The notes under the pieces were generated by a model. The model worked only from the letters and a program-made list of their open reading frames with translations. It was not told the origin of the DNA and made no database searches. Below are positions 21,094 through 30,053 of a stretch of 64,000 nt of DNA, one piece after another. The stretch is from Candidatus Latescibacterota bacterium (GTDB lineage: Bacteria; Latescibacterota; UBA2968; GCA-2709665). The translations under genes were made by a program, and so were the position numbers. The stretch is from the NCBI GenBank assembly GCA_963667175.2, contig CAXXXF010000006.1:416001-480000 (forward strand), read 5' to 3'. Each line of letters opens with the position of its first letter. Positions within the stretch are counted from its first letter, which is position 1.

Positions 21094-21540
21094 TTAGATC
21101 TCACCAAGCGTTTCAAGGTCGGCGAGGTCTTTCTGTCGTCCGGTTGATCGTTTATTCTGGATCAATTGCCGCCGGCCAACGATAAATACGGAGATGTCTC
21201 CATAAACGCCCCGCTCTTTGCCCGACTCTGCTTCTTCCCACGTAACGCCGGTAATTGAGGTCATAAGATCCACCCGCACGGGAGGAAATCCAAGCTGAAT
21301 AACCCTGTCAGAAGCAGTAAAATCACCTGACTTCAATCCGAAATCTCCGAAGCCGAAGACAGACAAGGCATTGAGAATACGCCGTGCATTTTCCGACGTC
21401 GGAGCAACCAGTATATCCAGATCGCCAGTGTAGCGAGGTGCGCCGTGGTGCGCAAGAGCATACGCTCCAACGATCACGTAGGACACGTTATGATCGTTGA
21501 ACAACGCGAGCAACTCTTTGAAGTCTTGCTGCGCTTCCAT
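21094..21540 (-). CDS. Nucleotidyltransferase-superfamily protein (DUF6036-like)
   Basis: YVIVGAYALAHHGAPRYTGDLDILV, RVDLMT, NKRSTGRQKDLADLE. Confidence 0.82.
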   Translation of the reverse strand: MEAQQDFKELLALFNDHNVSYVIVGAYALAHHGAPRYTGDLDILVAPTSENARRILNALSVFGFGDFGLKSGDFTASDRVIQLGFPPVRVDLMTSITGVTWEEAESGKERGVYGDISVFIVGRRQLIQNKRSTGRQKDLADLETLGEI

Positions 21541-21670
21541 GTTCCTGGCGCCTGAGGGTTTCGACTGCGAGGATTCGCGACTCCGCCGGCTGGCGAAGCC
21601 AATATGCAAGATCCTCTTTCTCCTGGGAAAATACACGCAAGTCTCGAGTTTTGACAACTCTTCGCATCAA
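21488..21670 (-). CDS. Small basic partner protein (about 60 aa) of the nucleotidyltransferase
   Basis: EDLAYWLRQPAESRILAVETLR...RLQRV; overlaps the NTase start, TA-like arrangement. Confidence 0.65.
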   Translation of the reverse strand: MMRRVVKTRDLRVFSQEKEDLAYWLRQPAESRILAVETLRRQEHGSAARLQRVARVVQRS

Positions 21671-21765
21671 GGCCTGTCTCCCTGTCGGATCAAGAGCGAT
21701 GGCACGATAGGCGCTTCAATGATGAACTGGATCCCTTGTAATGCGCTCAATATAGCCGATTCAAA

Positions 21766-22959
21766 CTACAAATGCAATGGCGCCCTGCTCAACATCAGTT
21801 CCTGATATACCTTGGCGCCTCGTTGGAGTTGCTCCAGTTCAATCCACTCGTCCGCCGTGTGGGCCTGCGCAATGTCACCGGGCCCGAGAACGACCGCAGG
21901 GATGCCCGCACGGCTGAAGCTGCTGGCATCCGTACCGTAGCCGACGCCGGTCAGTCCGTCCGGAAGTCCCATCGATCCAAGCACGGAGGCCACAAATGCG
22001 CCGAACGCTTCCCCACCGGCCGGGTCCAGCGGGCTATCCACCATATCGGGCGTTTCCTGAACGACGGTCAGGTGCGGGTTGCTCTCGCGGAGTGCCTCCA
22101 GAATGCGTTCGACCGCCGGGATTACCGTGTCCGGGTCCTCGCCCGGCACCACGCGGCGGTCCACGTGGATCTCGCAATGTTCGGGAATGATGTTGATCTG
22201 GGTTCCACCCCTGATGAGATTGATGCTGCATTGCGCCCGGCCCGTCAGAGGATGTTCTGACGTCAGTCTGAGAATATAGCGCTCCTCGAGCGCCGCGATC
22301 ACCTCCGTCATCATGCGGATGGCGGACCGGCCACGCCCGGGGTCCGAAGAGTGTGCGGCCACGCCTTTCGTGCGAATCCGCCAGCGCACCACGCCGTTGT
22401 GCGCAACCACGGCCCGAAGGCGCGTGGGCTCACCCACGATCACGCCGGCCGGCCGCCAGCCCAGATCCGGCAACTGTGACGCCACGAACGTGCGAACACC
22501 CGTCTTCCCGACCTCCTCGTCCAGGGTAAACAGGATTGCCACGTTGTTCGGGCCGTCTCGCTTGCGGTATCGCGAAAGCGCCCAGAGCATCGTCGCGCCG
22601 GTTCCTTTGGTATCGCACGTCCCCCGGCCGTACATTCTCCCGTCCACAATCCGTCCTGCGAACGGGTCCACCGTCATCTTGTCCACGCTCACCGTATCGA
22701 GGTGGCTTTCAAACAACAGCCACGGCGCCTGCCCGTCCACCTCGTGAGTGACCAGCAGATTGAACCCGTCCCCCGTCACCGGCAACCTGCGCGTGTCCAG
22801 TCCCATCGCCCGGGCCTGCCCGTCCATATAAACCGACAGCGCCAGTTCCGCATCCGGCTTCCCTGAAATTGCCGAATTGACGGTATCGAACCCAACCATC
22901 GCACGAAGCAAGGACTCGCACGTATCATGGGTCCCCGGCGCCGATGTCTCACCTGTCAT
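21766..22959 (-). CDS. M20 family metallo-hydrolase (ArgE/DapE-like deacylase)
   Basis: SHLDTV, GRGTCDTKG, DEE, GEPT, AAHSS.P, GTDA, AHTADE. Confidence 0.93.
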   Translation of the reverse strand: MTGETSAPGTHDTCESLLRAMVGFDTVNSAISGKPDAELALSVYMDGQARAMGLDTRRLPVTGDGFNLLVTHEVDGQAPWLLFESHLDTVSVDKMTVDPFAGRIVDGRMYGRGTCDTKGTGATMLWALSRYRKRDGPNNVAILFTLDEEVGKTGVRTFVASQLPDLGWRPAGVIVGEPTRLRAVVAHNGVVRWRIRTKGVAAHSSDPGRGRSAIRMMTEVIAALEERYILRLTSEHPLTGRAQCSINLIRGGTQINIIPEHCEIHVDRRVVPGEDPDTVIPAVERILEALRESNPHLTVVQETPDMVDSPLDPAGGEAFGAFVASVLGSMGLPDGLTGVGYGTDASSFSRAGIPAVVLGPGDIAQAHTADEWIELEQLQRGAKVYQELMLSRAPLHL

Positions 22960-23990
22960 CGCCAGCGTTCCTCGAAAACCGAAATCGCCGTTCGTGCCGC
23001 CAGCATGGACGTCTCCACGCGCTCCCTGTAGCCGCCCTTCATCGCCATACCCGTCTCAATGGTAAAAGAAGGTCCGTACCTGTTCGCCCCGTAGTCTGCC
23101 AGGTTCAACCCTTCGCCGCGTTCCGCCGCGATCAGCCAGAGCACGCCGGGTTCGCCGATCTCGAAGAACGGACCCGGCGCATACCCCTGTGGCGCAAGCT
23201 GCGCTCCCGAATCGGCGACTGTCCGAATCATCGAATCGGCCATTCGCTTTTCCCACAGTTCGTCGTCTTCGTTTCGCTGGTGCCGCGCCGAAAACCAGAA
23301 TCCGTTGCCGCCATACTCGTGTAGATCCAGCGTCAGACCCGGATCTATCCTCGCCATCAGATCTCGCGCGCAGCGGGATTCCACGGGCGCCCACGGCGTA
23401 TCGTGAAACCGGTTGACGTGCAACACCTCGCCGTCCGGGCTGACAATCAGCGTATAGGCCCTCTGGCAGGGCGCCGTGCCTTCGCCCTCATCGCTGGATG
23501 GATAGAATATGCGTCGTCCGAACAGGGGTTCCAGGAATTCGGCGCCGACCTCGAATCGGCCGAGAAGACCCGTCGTCGAATACCCGTACTCACCGATGAT
23601 CGCAACGACCGTCTCGTCCTCTTCGTAAAGCACCTCGCCCCTCGCCTTCAGAAGTGCCCGGACGTCCTCGACCGACCCTACGTCAGGCTCCTCGCCCAGA
23701 CTCAGGCTCAACGCGTACCCGTACCCATTCATCCCCATGGGATCGCGACTGGGAATCACGCAGACCCGATGCTCGGTGTCCAGGGCCTCAAGGAGCCCGA
23801 GGGCTGACCCTACGCCCGCCTGTTCGGTCGAATGGCTGCCGGCGCTGATGAATATCGCCGGCGGTTTTTCACCTCCTGTCTTGAGACACACCACCGGCGC
23901 CCCGTCAGGCGCGCACCCGAGCACTTCCCGCTGAAAGCCCTTTTGGTCGACCCATTCAAGGAGATCCGCGTATCGATCGAAAATCCGCAT
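22956..23990 (-). CDS. M14-like zinc carboxypeptidase/desuccinylase family protein
   Basis: AGSHSTE (HxxE), VNR, LDLHE, FTIET; GGGAGG RBS; ATGA coupling to the M20 gene. Confidence 0.72.
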   Translation of the reverse strand: MRIFDRYADLLEWVDQKGFQREVLGCAPDGAPVVCLKTGGEKPPAIFISAGSHSTEQAGVGSALGLLEALDTEHRVCVIPSRDPMGMNGYGYALSLSLGEEPDVGSVEDVRALLKARGEVLYEEDETVVAIIGEYGYSTTGLLGRFEVGAEFLEPLFGRRIFYPSSDEGEGTAPCQRAYTLIVSPDGEVLHVNRFHDTPWAPVESRCARDLMARIDPGLTLDLHEYGGNGFWFSARHQRNEDDELWEKRMADSMIRTVADSGAQLAPQGYAPGPFFEIGEPGVLWLIAAERGEGLNLADYGANRYGPSFTIETGMAMKGGYRERVETSMLAARTAISVFEERWR

Positions 23991-24069
23991 GAAATTCCTC
24001 CCGCATTTTGTACAGAAAAAGCCGATTTCCCGCATACAACCGACGGTTTTGCACGGGCACTCTCACGAC

Positions 24070-27057
24070 TCAGTTTTTCGCCTCGAACCAACCGGAGTTC
24101 AATATCGTCAGCGTCTCGGTTGGAATCGCAGGATAGTCCCTGACCGTAACGGCGTTTTCCGTGGCCGATTCAATCTCGAAACCCGTACGAGGCGCCTCGC
24201 CGGCCAACAGATACGACCCCGCGACGCGCGCGGGATCGGGCAACGGTTCCGAAAGATGGTACGTCCGGTCTTCTACAGACCGGACGCGCAACCTCGTGCT
24301 GGCTTCGGGCAGCGAAACATTCAGATCGCCGCACGTCAATTCCGTACCGTTCAACAAATAGCCCTGGACGGCGCCACCGTGCTCGTTCACCGACACAAAT
24401 CCAAATCGACCCGCCAGACGAACGGGACCATATTGACGTTGCTCCTGGTCCGTCGAGGAAATGATATAGTCGGTGCGGCCGGCCAACTGAACTTCGATCG
24501 CCACAACACCGGTTTCCGGATTGTCTTCGATCAATCGCGCACCGGCAACCGGCGAACTTCCCGATATATAAGGCACAATCAGTGCGGTATACTGGCTTGA
24601 GAGCGCGGTACGGTCGTCGCCGGCGCGGTCTTCCGCAAGTAGTTGCCCGATGGATGGCTGTTTCAACTCTTCGGTATCGAATACCCGCCAACCCGGAGCG
24701 TCGGCGACGACCAACCTCTGCGGCGTATTCAGCAGCATGAGATCCAGATTCACGCCCCGATATTTCCACGTAAACGACGTTGATTTATCCGGCAGAGTCG
24801 CCCTCGGATTCTCAAGCCATTCAGCCCAGACATCCGGAAGTTCCATTGCATCGTACTCGGCGAAATCCGGCGACCCTCCCATGAGAGATCCGTTGCAGTG
24901 AAATCCGTATTGATGGGTTCTTCCACCTCTGACGCGGAAAATGTCGACGACGTAACGCTGATTCTCAGGCGCGTCCACCAGAACGCAAACTCGCTGGTAG
25001 ACGTCGCACTGCGGGTACACGTTGACACCCGAAGCCTGCACGACCTCAATTCCCGGAGCCAACCCGAAAAGCTCCAGGTTGGAGCCACACTCGCTTCGCT
25101 CCTGCTCCTGTTCGTCGACGACCACCAGATTGTGTGAAAGGGTACTCCGCATCCACCTCTGCCCGCTCCGACCGTCCGGCAGGCGCTGGTCGCTGCCGGA
25201 AAAATACCCCCGGTCCGACGCCAATTCCTCGCCGAAGGCATACAGACTAAAGCTCAGCACATCCTGGTGCCGATGCCCGGTTTCCACCGTCCACTGGTGC
25301 TCGTTGCCGTTCAGATAGAGCGCCGTATCGTTTGTCTTTCCATCGCCTCGCAAAACAGCCACATGCCATCCTGGAAACCACTCAGAGCGAAGCGGCAGCT
25401 CCGCCGCGACGGACGTCAGACCGGAGGGCCGATACCACAACGCATACTCGCTCCCCTTCCGTGACAATTCCTCACCCTGTACAAGCTCCAGCATTCGACC
25501 ATATTGCCCGCCGAGGCGTGCCGCCAGGATTTCGAAGGAAAGATGGTCCGCGTACGTATCATAACGCGTATCCCCAATTACCGGCATGTGGTTTCCGGGT
25601 GCAAGCAGGCGAACATGTGACTCGACGGACTCACGAAAGCGGCCCCTCGAAAACATGTCCAACGTCTGGATCCGTTCGCCTTCCTCGGGCACGTAATCCG
25701 GCGGGTCGCTGTAACCATGCAGCAGATCGGCCAGTTCGCGCACGTTCGAAAGGTTGTGGGCCGAATAGGACGGCGTTTCCGCGTAGAACCCATCGTGGTG
25801 GTAGCGTGCGTCCAGCATGCGGTGGAAACCGTCCAGCGCGCGCCGGACCCGGTCCGGCTGCCTGAATAGCATCCCCGCTCCTGCGCTCAACACGAAGACG
25901 GCGGTGCCTTTATTCGAAAGAGAATTCCAATGTTCCATGTCCGTGCAACCGGCCAGCAACAGGTCATCGACGATCCGGCGATCGGTAGCCTCATCCAGCA
26001 CGCGGCGACCGTCGGGAAATGATGCATCTCGAACCAGATCATACGCGACCATCAACGAAAACAGCGGGCCTGCATCGCTTCCCTTCCCGTGTACGTTCAT
26101 TCGCCCCGCCCCCCAGAATCCGTTGTTCAGCGTGGACCAGGTCTCAAACTGGTGCAGGCCGTAGGCGTGTCGTATCGCGCCCGGCGGAAAGCGGCCGCCA
26201 TGGGGGCCACCCGCCGATTCCTCCCTGCCCATATTGGCGGCCACCTCCGCGGGCGGCAGGTCCGCGATGCTGCCGTCGTACGAATGGTAGAGATAATTCG
26301 GATAAACACGGGCGAACCGATCCAGTATCCAGACGACCCTCTCGGCGTATTTCACCTCGACTGTAACGGCGTACAGCTTTGCCAACGTCAACGCCTGGCC
26401 CGTGGCCCAACCCACCTTGCGATCTCGAATATGACCCGTGAAACTGGTCATCGTTGGACGTTCCCCGAGCCACTTGAGCGCGTGTTTCGCCCGGTTTTCT
26501 GGATCAGCCACTTCCTCGGGGGTCTGGTAGTAGGTAAACTGCTGTCCCATCCTGGGGCATTCGAGCACGCCGGTTTCCGGATACCGTGCGTTCGGATACA
26601 CCGTCCCACAGGCGCTGCAGGCTATCTCGTCGGGACGCGCAATATTCCATCTGAACCGCCCGCCGCCCATCAGCGACTGTGTCCCCACGCAGTGGGGGCA
26701 ATTCTGACCATAGTGGGTCCCGGGCGTCAACTCCGGTATCAGCGCATCGAAGAACGCCCGGTCCTTCCGCATCGCCAGCGCAACGCTCCTTTTCCATCCC
26801 GCCACGATTTCATTCGCCCAACCGTAGCGCGTCACGTTTCGGCGGGCATTTTCGATATCCCCGGGTTTGTACATCGTCCGCGGTTGCGCGTGCGCCGCCT
26901 TACACGCCAACAGCAGTGCGCTCGCAGCCAACAGGAGCGCCGGCGCCGGGACACTCCTCAACATCCACACGGCGAGCACCGAAAGGGCAACTCCGGGGAT
27001 CACCAGGGCGGCGATAGCGACCACCCGCCCGACGTCTTTCACGGTCGTCCTTCTCAT
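24070..27057 (-). CDS. Heparinase II/III-like polysaccharide lyase with N-terminal membrane anchor/signal
   Basis: AAGGAGG RBS before ATG 27057; DGFYAETPSY, GHRHQD, DRGY, HNLVVVD; CPHC...CSAC. Confidence 0.82.
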   Translation of the reverse strand: MRRTTVKDVGRVVAIAALVIPGVALSVLAVWMLRSVPAPALLLAASALLLACKAAHAQPRTMYKPGDIENARRNVTRYGWANEIVAGWKRSVALAMRKDRAFFDALIPELTPGTHYGQNCPHCVGTQSLMGGGRFRWNIARPDEIACSACGTVYPNARYPETGVLECPRMGQQFTYYQTPEEVADPENRAKHALKWLGERPTMTSFTGHIRDRKVGWATGQALTLAKLYAVTVEVKYAERVVWILDRFARVYPNYLYHSYDGSIADLPPAEVAANMGREESAGGPHGGRFPPGAIRHAYGLHQFETWSTLNNGFWGAGRMNVHGKGSDAGPLFSLMVAYDLVRDASFPDGRRVLDEATDRRIVDDLLLAGCTDMEHWNSLSNKGTAVFVLSAGAGMLFRQPDRVRRALDGFHRMLDARYHHDGFYAETPSYSAHNLSNVRELADLLHGYSDPPDYVPEEGERIQTLDMFSRGRFRESVESHVRLLAPGNHMPVIGDTRYDTYADHLSFEILAARLGGQYGRMLELVQGEELSRKGSEYALWYRPSGLTSVAAELPLRSEWFPGWHVAVLRGDGKTNDTALYLNGNEHQWTVETGHRHQDVLSFSLYAFGEELASDRGYFSGSDQRLPDGRSGQRWMRSTLSHNLVVVDEQEQERSECGSNLELFGLAPGIEVVQASGVNVYPQCDVYQRVCVLVDAPENQRYVVDIFRVRGGRTHQYGFHCNGSLMGGSPDFAEYDAMELPDVWAEWLENPRATLPDKSTSFTWKYRGVNLDLMLLNTPQRLVVADAPGWRVFDTEELKQPSIGQLLAEDRAGDDRTALSSQYTALIVPYISGSSPVAGARLIEDNPETGVVAIEVQLAGRTDYIISSTDQEQRQYGPVRLAGRFGFVSVNEHGGAVQGYLLNGTELTCGDLNVSLPEASTRLRVRSVEDRTYHLSEPLPDPARVAGSYLLAGEAPRTGFEIESATENAVTVRDYPAIPTETLTILNSGWFEAKN

Positions 27058-27077
27058 GTCAGCCCCTCCTTGGATTA

Positions 27078-27257
27078 GCAGCCCGTTGAAAAAGTCCATC
27101 CGGTCTGCGTCCGGCCTTTGTGGCCGAAATACGGCGTTGCCTGCCTGCAGCAGGCAGGCGCTCCCTCCCCGAATCCAGGGATGCGCGTCGGTCGCGCGCC
27201 TTGTCTTCGGCCACAATGACTCGGCCTCGCCTGCAGAGCGACTTTTTCAACGGACTG
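27078..27257. mobile_element. MITE copy 1 (carries a 19-bp internal insertion)
   Basis: Terminal IRs CAGCCCGTTGAAAAA / TTTTTCAACGGACTG, TTA on both sides; near-identical to 57709-57870. Confidence 0.9.
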
Positions 27258-28079
27258 TTACGAACCATACAGCGAATCCGCTGTTTTGCCCAGAATCCAG
27301 GCCTTGTCTTCGTCAGAAAGAAAATCCATCGCTTCTTCGATCACGCGGAAGCCGACGGCCTCGCCACGCTGAGGGTCTTCTGGAAAACCCGTACATCCCA
27401 GCATCCGGTGAGACCCGAACGCCTCGTAAACGGCTCTGACGTAGGGATGAACGTCTTCGTGCGGCCATGGCTTCGTGGATATCCCGTCAATCCTTGTGGC
27501 CTTCACGTAGAGATTGGGATATTTCGCGGCGTGCAGGAGGTGCTGAAAACTGCCATCCACGCCCTCCGCAAGAAAGGGCTCTCCCAGGTGATCCACGATC
27601 ACGTTCACCTCGGGGAATCGCCGCAATATCGGTTCCAGCAACGGAATCTGATGGCACCGGCCGAACCAGGTGAACGGAACGCCCAGACGTCGGGCCGTCT
27701 CCCATAGCGGTGTCTGATCATCGCGTGACAACCACGATGCGTCCTTATCCTTGACCGGATACAACCGCATCCCCTGTACCCCATGTTCGCGGTGCAGCCG
27801 CTCCATCTTATCAGCAGCGCCGGGTTTCAAGGGATCGATCAACGCCACGCCGTGCAGACGACCGGGAAATCGGCGCATGCAGTCACACATATAGCTGTTG
27901 TCATATCCGTGATACATGCACTGAATGAGTACGGTCCGGTCGATGGCGTTCAGGTCCATAAACCTGATGAGATCCTCGACAAGACCCGGATACACCGGCC
28001 TGTTTGTCGACATCTGGTCGTTGTGGATGAACGGTGGCGCCCCCATGGTCCACACGTGCACGTGAGAGTCGATTCGCAT
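27258..28079 (-). CDS. Amidohydrolase family protein (Amidohydro_2)
   Basis: IDSHVHVW, GYDNSY, GMRL, VDHLGEP, YPNLYVK, AFGSHR. Confidence 0.92.
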   Translation of the reverse strand: MRIDSHVHVWTMGAPPFIHNDQMSTNRPVYPGLVEDLIRFMDLNAIDRTVLIQCMYHGYDNSYMCDCMRRFPGRLHGVALIDPLKPGAADKMERLHREHGVQGMRLYPVKDKDASWLSRDDQTPLWETARRLGVPFTWFGRCHQIPLLEPILRRFPEVNVIVDHLGEPFLAEGVDGSFQHLLHAAKYPNLYVKATRIDGISTKPWPHEDVHPYVRAVYEAFGSHRMLGCTGFPEDPQRGEAVGFRVIEEAMDFLSDEDKAWILGKTADSLYGS

Positions 28080-28110
28080 CGTTTCCTCCTATCTGAAAAC
28101 AGGCTCAAGA

Positions 28111-28267
28111 AAGGCACGAGAAAACGAACAACGGAAACTACGAAATACGCGAAAAAAACGAAAAATCCGTGGCTGCAATCAACTGTGCCCCTGGCGGCCA
28201 GCATGCGGCCGCCTGCCTTGCCTGCGGCAGCAGGCAGGCGCGAATACCGCTGGGAATTTCAAAACAG
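28111..28267. repeat. Composite intergenic repeat (A-rich CGAAA module + AATCAACTG + GCCTGCC palindrome)
   Basis: Homologous to 40541-40690 and, at its 3' end, to 1028-1091. Confidence 0.8.
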
Positions 28268-28354
28268 TTGTCATGCCCCTTTGGGGCACCCATAATGATG
28301 AAAATGGTTGCGTCAACAGACTTGTGTGGTAGGTTGTTGGCCACCATAACCCTT

Positions 28355-28499
28355 GGCTGGTCGAAGGTCGTTTTGTAGATGGTGCTATGAGCCTGAAAAA
28401 CAGTTGGACCTGGGTATCTGGAGGTATCCATTATTGTCGCCCCCTGTAAAGGGAGAGCCCGCCAAGTAGACTCTTATCCCAGCAGATACCCGACCAGCC
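28355..28499 (+). ncRNA. Candidate IS110 bridge RNA
   Basis: Closing stem GGCTGGTC/GACCAGCC enclosing two hairpins (AGGTC/GACCT; GGGTATCTG/CAGATACCC); TTGTGT-17-CATAAC promoter-like motif just upstream. Confidence 0.55.
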
Positions 28500-28522
28500 G
28501 GATCAGACACAGGAGGCCTGCG

Positions 28523-29863
28523 ATGCATGTCATCTACCCTTGTTGCGCTGGTTTGGATGTCCACAAAAAGACGGTCGTTGCCTGCCGGATGAAGGCCGAA
28601 GGGTCAAAGCCGAGCCGGCGAGAGGTAAAGACCTTCTCCACAATGACCCGGCAGTTGCTGGCGTTGAGCGATTGGCTTTCTCAGTGGGGCTGCACCCACG
28701 TGGCGATGGAAAGCACCGGCGAGTATTGGAAGCCCATCTTCAACGTGCTGGAAGCCAACTTTGAAGTCTTGCTGGTCAATGCGCAGCACGTCAAACAGGT
28801 GCCAGGACGCAAGACCGATGTCCGGGATGCTGAGTGGCTGGCCGGGCTGCTGCAACACGGCTTGCTCAAAGCGAGCTTTATCCCCCCTGCCCTCCAGCGG
28901 GATTTGCGTGATCTGACGCGGTATCGCACCACATTGGTGCAGGAGCGCACCCGGGTGATCAATCGGGTGCAGAAGGCTTTGGAGGGCGCCAACATCAAGC
29001 TGTCCAGTGTGGCCAGCGATACGCTGGGCGTGTCGGGTCGGGCCATACTAAAAGGGCTCATCCAAGGCCAGGAAGATCCAGCAGCGTTAGCGGAGTTGGC
29101 CAAGGGCCGCTTGCGCAACAAGAAGGCCGACCTAGAGCAGGCGCTGACCGGCTTTTTCCGACCCCACCATCGCTTTTTGTTGAGCCACTTGCTGGTGCAT
29201 CTGGACTTTCTGGAAACACAACTTTCTCAGCTGTCCGACCAGATCGCTCAACACATTGAGGCGATGGGTGTGCCCCCAAAAGACCCGCAGCCTCCTTCGG
29301 GCGGTTCGCCCAAGCCTGCGCAGTCACCAACCGCCGCCTCGTCCAAGCCTGCGCAAGCTTCTCGGCTCCTTCCCAATCAGGCCATGGCCTTGTGGGATAC
29401 GATTCCTGGCGTCAACCAGACCGTGGCCGAGGTTATGGTGGCCGAAATGGGCGTGGATATGGGCCGCTTCCCCACCCACCGGCATCTGGCCTCCTGGGTC
29501 GGCTTAGCGCCTGGAAACCATGAAAGCGCAGGGAAACGTCAATCGGGGCGCACCACCAAAGGCAATCCTGCGTTGCGTCTTGCCCTCGTCCAGGCGGCCT
29601 GGGCGGCCTCGCGCACCAAAGACACTTATCTGTCCGCTCTCTATCGTCGGTTGGCCGCACGACGGGGCAAGAAACGCGCCTTGGTGGCAGTGGCTCATTC
29701 CATTCTCACAGCCGCCTATCATATGGCCTGTCACACACAACCCTATCAAGATCCGGGCAGCAACTATTTCGATCAGCGCAAGAAACACGACGTTGTCTCT
29801 CGGCTCTCCCATCGCCTGGAAAAGTTGGGGTACAACGTTGCGCTTACGCTACAAGCTGCTTAA
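28523..29863 (+). CDS. IS110-family transposase/recombinase
   Basis: AGLDVHK, MESTG.YW, KTD.RDA (DEDD RuvC fold); IPGV, GLAP...ESAG, KKRALVAVAH; AGGAGG RBS. Confidence 0.97.
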   Translation: MHVIYPCCAGLDVHKKTVVACRMKAEGSKPSRREVKTFSTMTRQLLALSDWLSQWGCTHVAMESTGEYWKPIFNVLEANFEVLLVNAQHVKQVPGRKTDVRDAEWLAGLLQHGLLKASFIPPALQRDLRDLTRYRTTLVQERTRVINRVQKALEGANIKLSSVASDTLGVSGRAILKGLIQGQEDPAALAELAKGRLRNKKADLEQALTGFFRPHHRFLLSHLLVHLDFLETQLSQLSDQIAQHIEAMGVPPKDPQPPSGGSPKPAQSPTAASSKPAQASRLLPNQAMALWDTIPGVNQTVAEVMVAEMGVDMGRFPTHRHLASWVGLAPGNHESAGKRQSGRTTKGNPALRLALVQAAWAASRTKDTYLSALYRRLAARRGKKRALVAVAHSILTAAYHMACHTQPYQDPGSNYFDQRKKHDVVSRLSHRLEKLGYNVALTLQAA

Positions 29864-30053
29864 ATAAAAGAAAAACAACAGGATTCTTCGAAATCTGAAA
29901 GGTTATTTTCTAAGTAGCTTCTTGGAGCGCGCTTTTGAGCGAAAGCTTACACAATGCATCCAGCGTACTGCCCTCCGGACGCATCCCCATCCGCCGGCAA
30001 GGGTCCGGTGTTGTCTTGAGGATCAGTTCACGTACGAAGAGAATAGTCTGGCA

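Larger units (their letters stand above)
28266..29917 (+). mobile_element. IS110-family insertion sequence
   Basis: AG dinucleotide at both junctions; removing the element restores AAAACAGCTTC, matching AAGACAGCTTC at 1085-1095; subterminal GAAAAT/ATTTTC. Confidence 0.85.

Noticed and set aside
27058-27216. N-terminal extension of the 1048-aa ORF, and ORF 57437..57829 with a similar MWPKTRR start
   Set aside because: Both are translations of the MITE; the real start is ATG 27057 with AAGGAGG.
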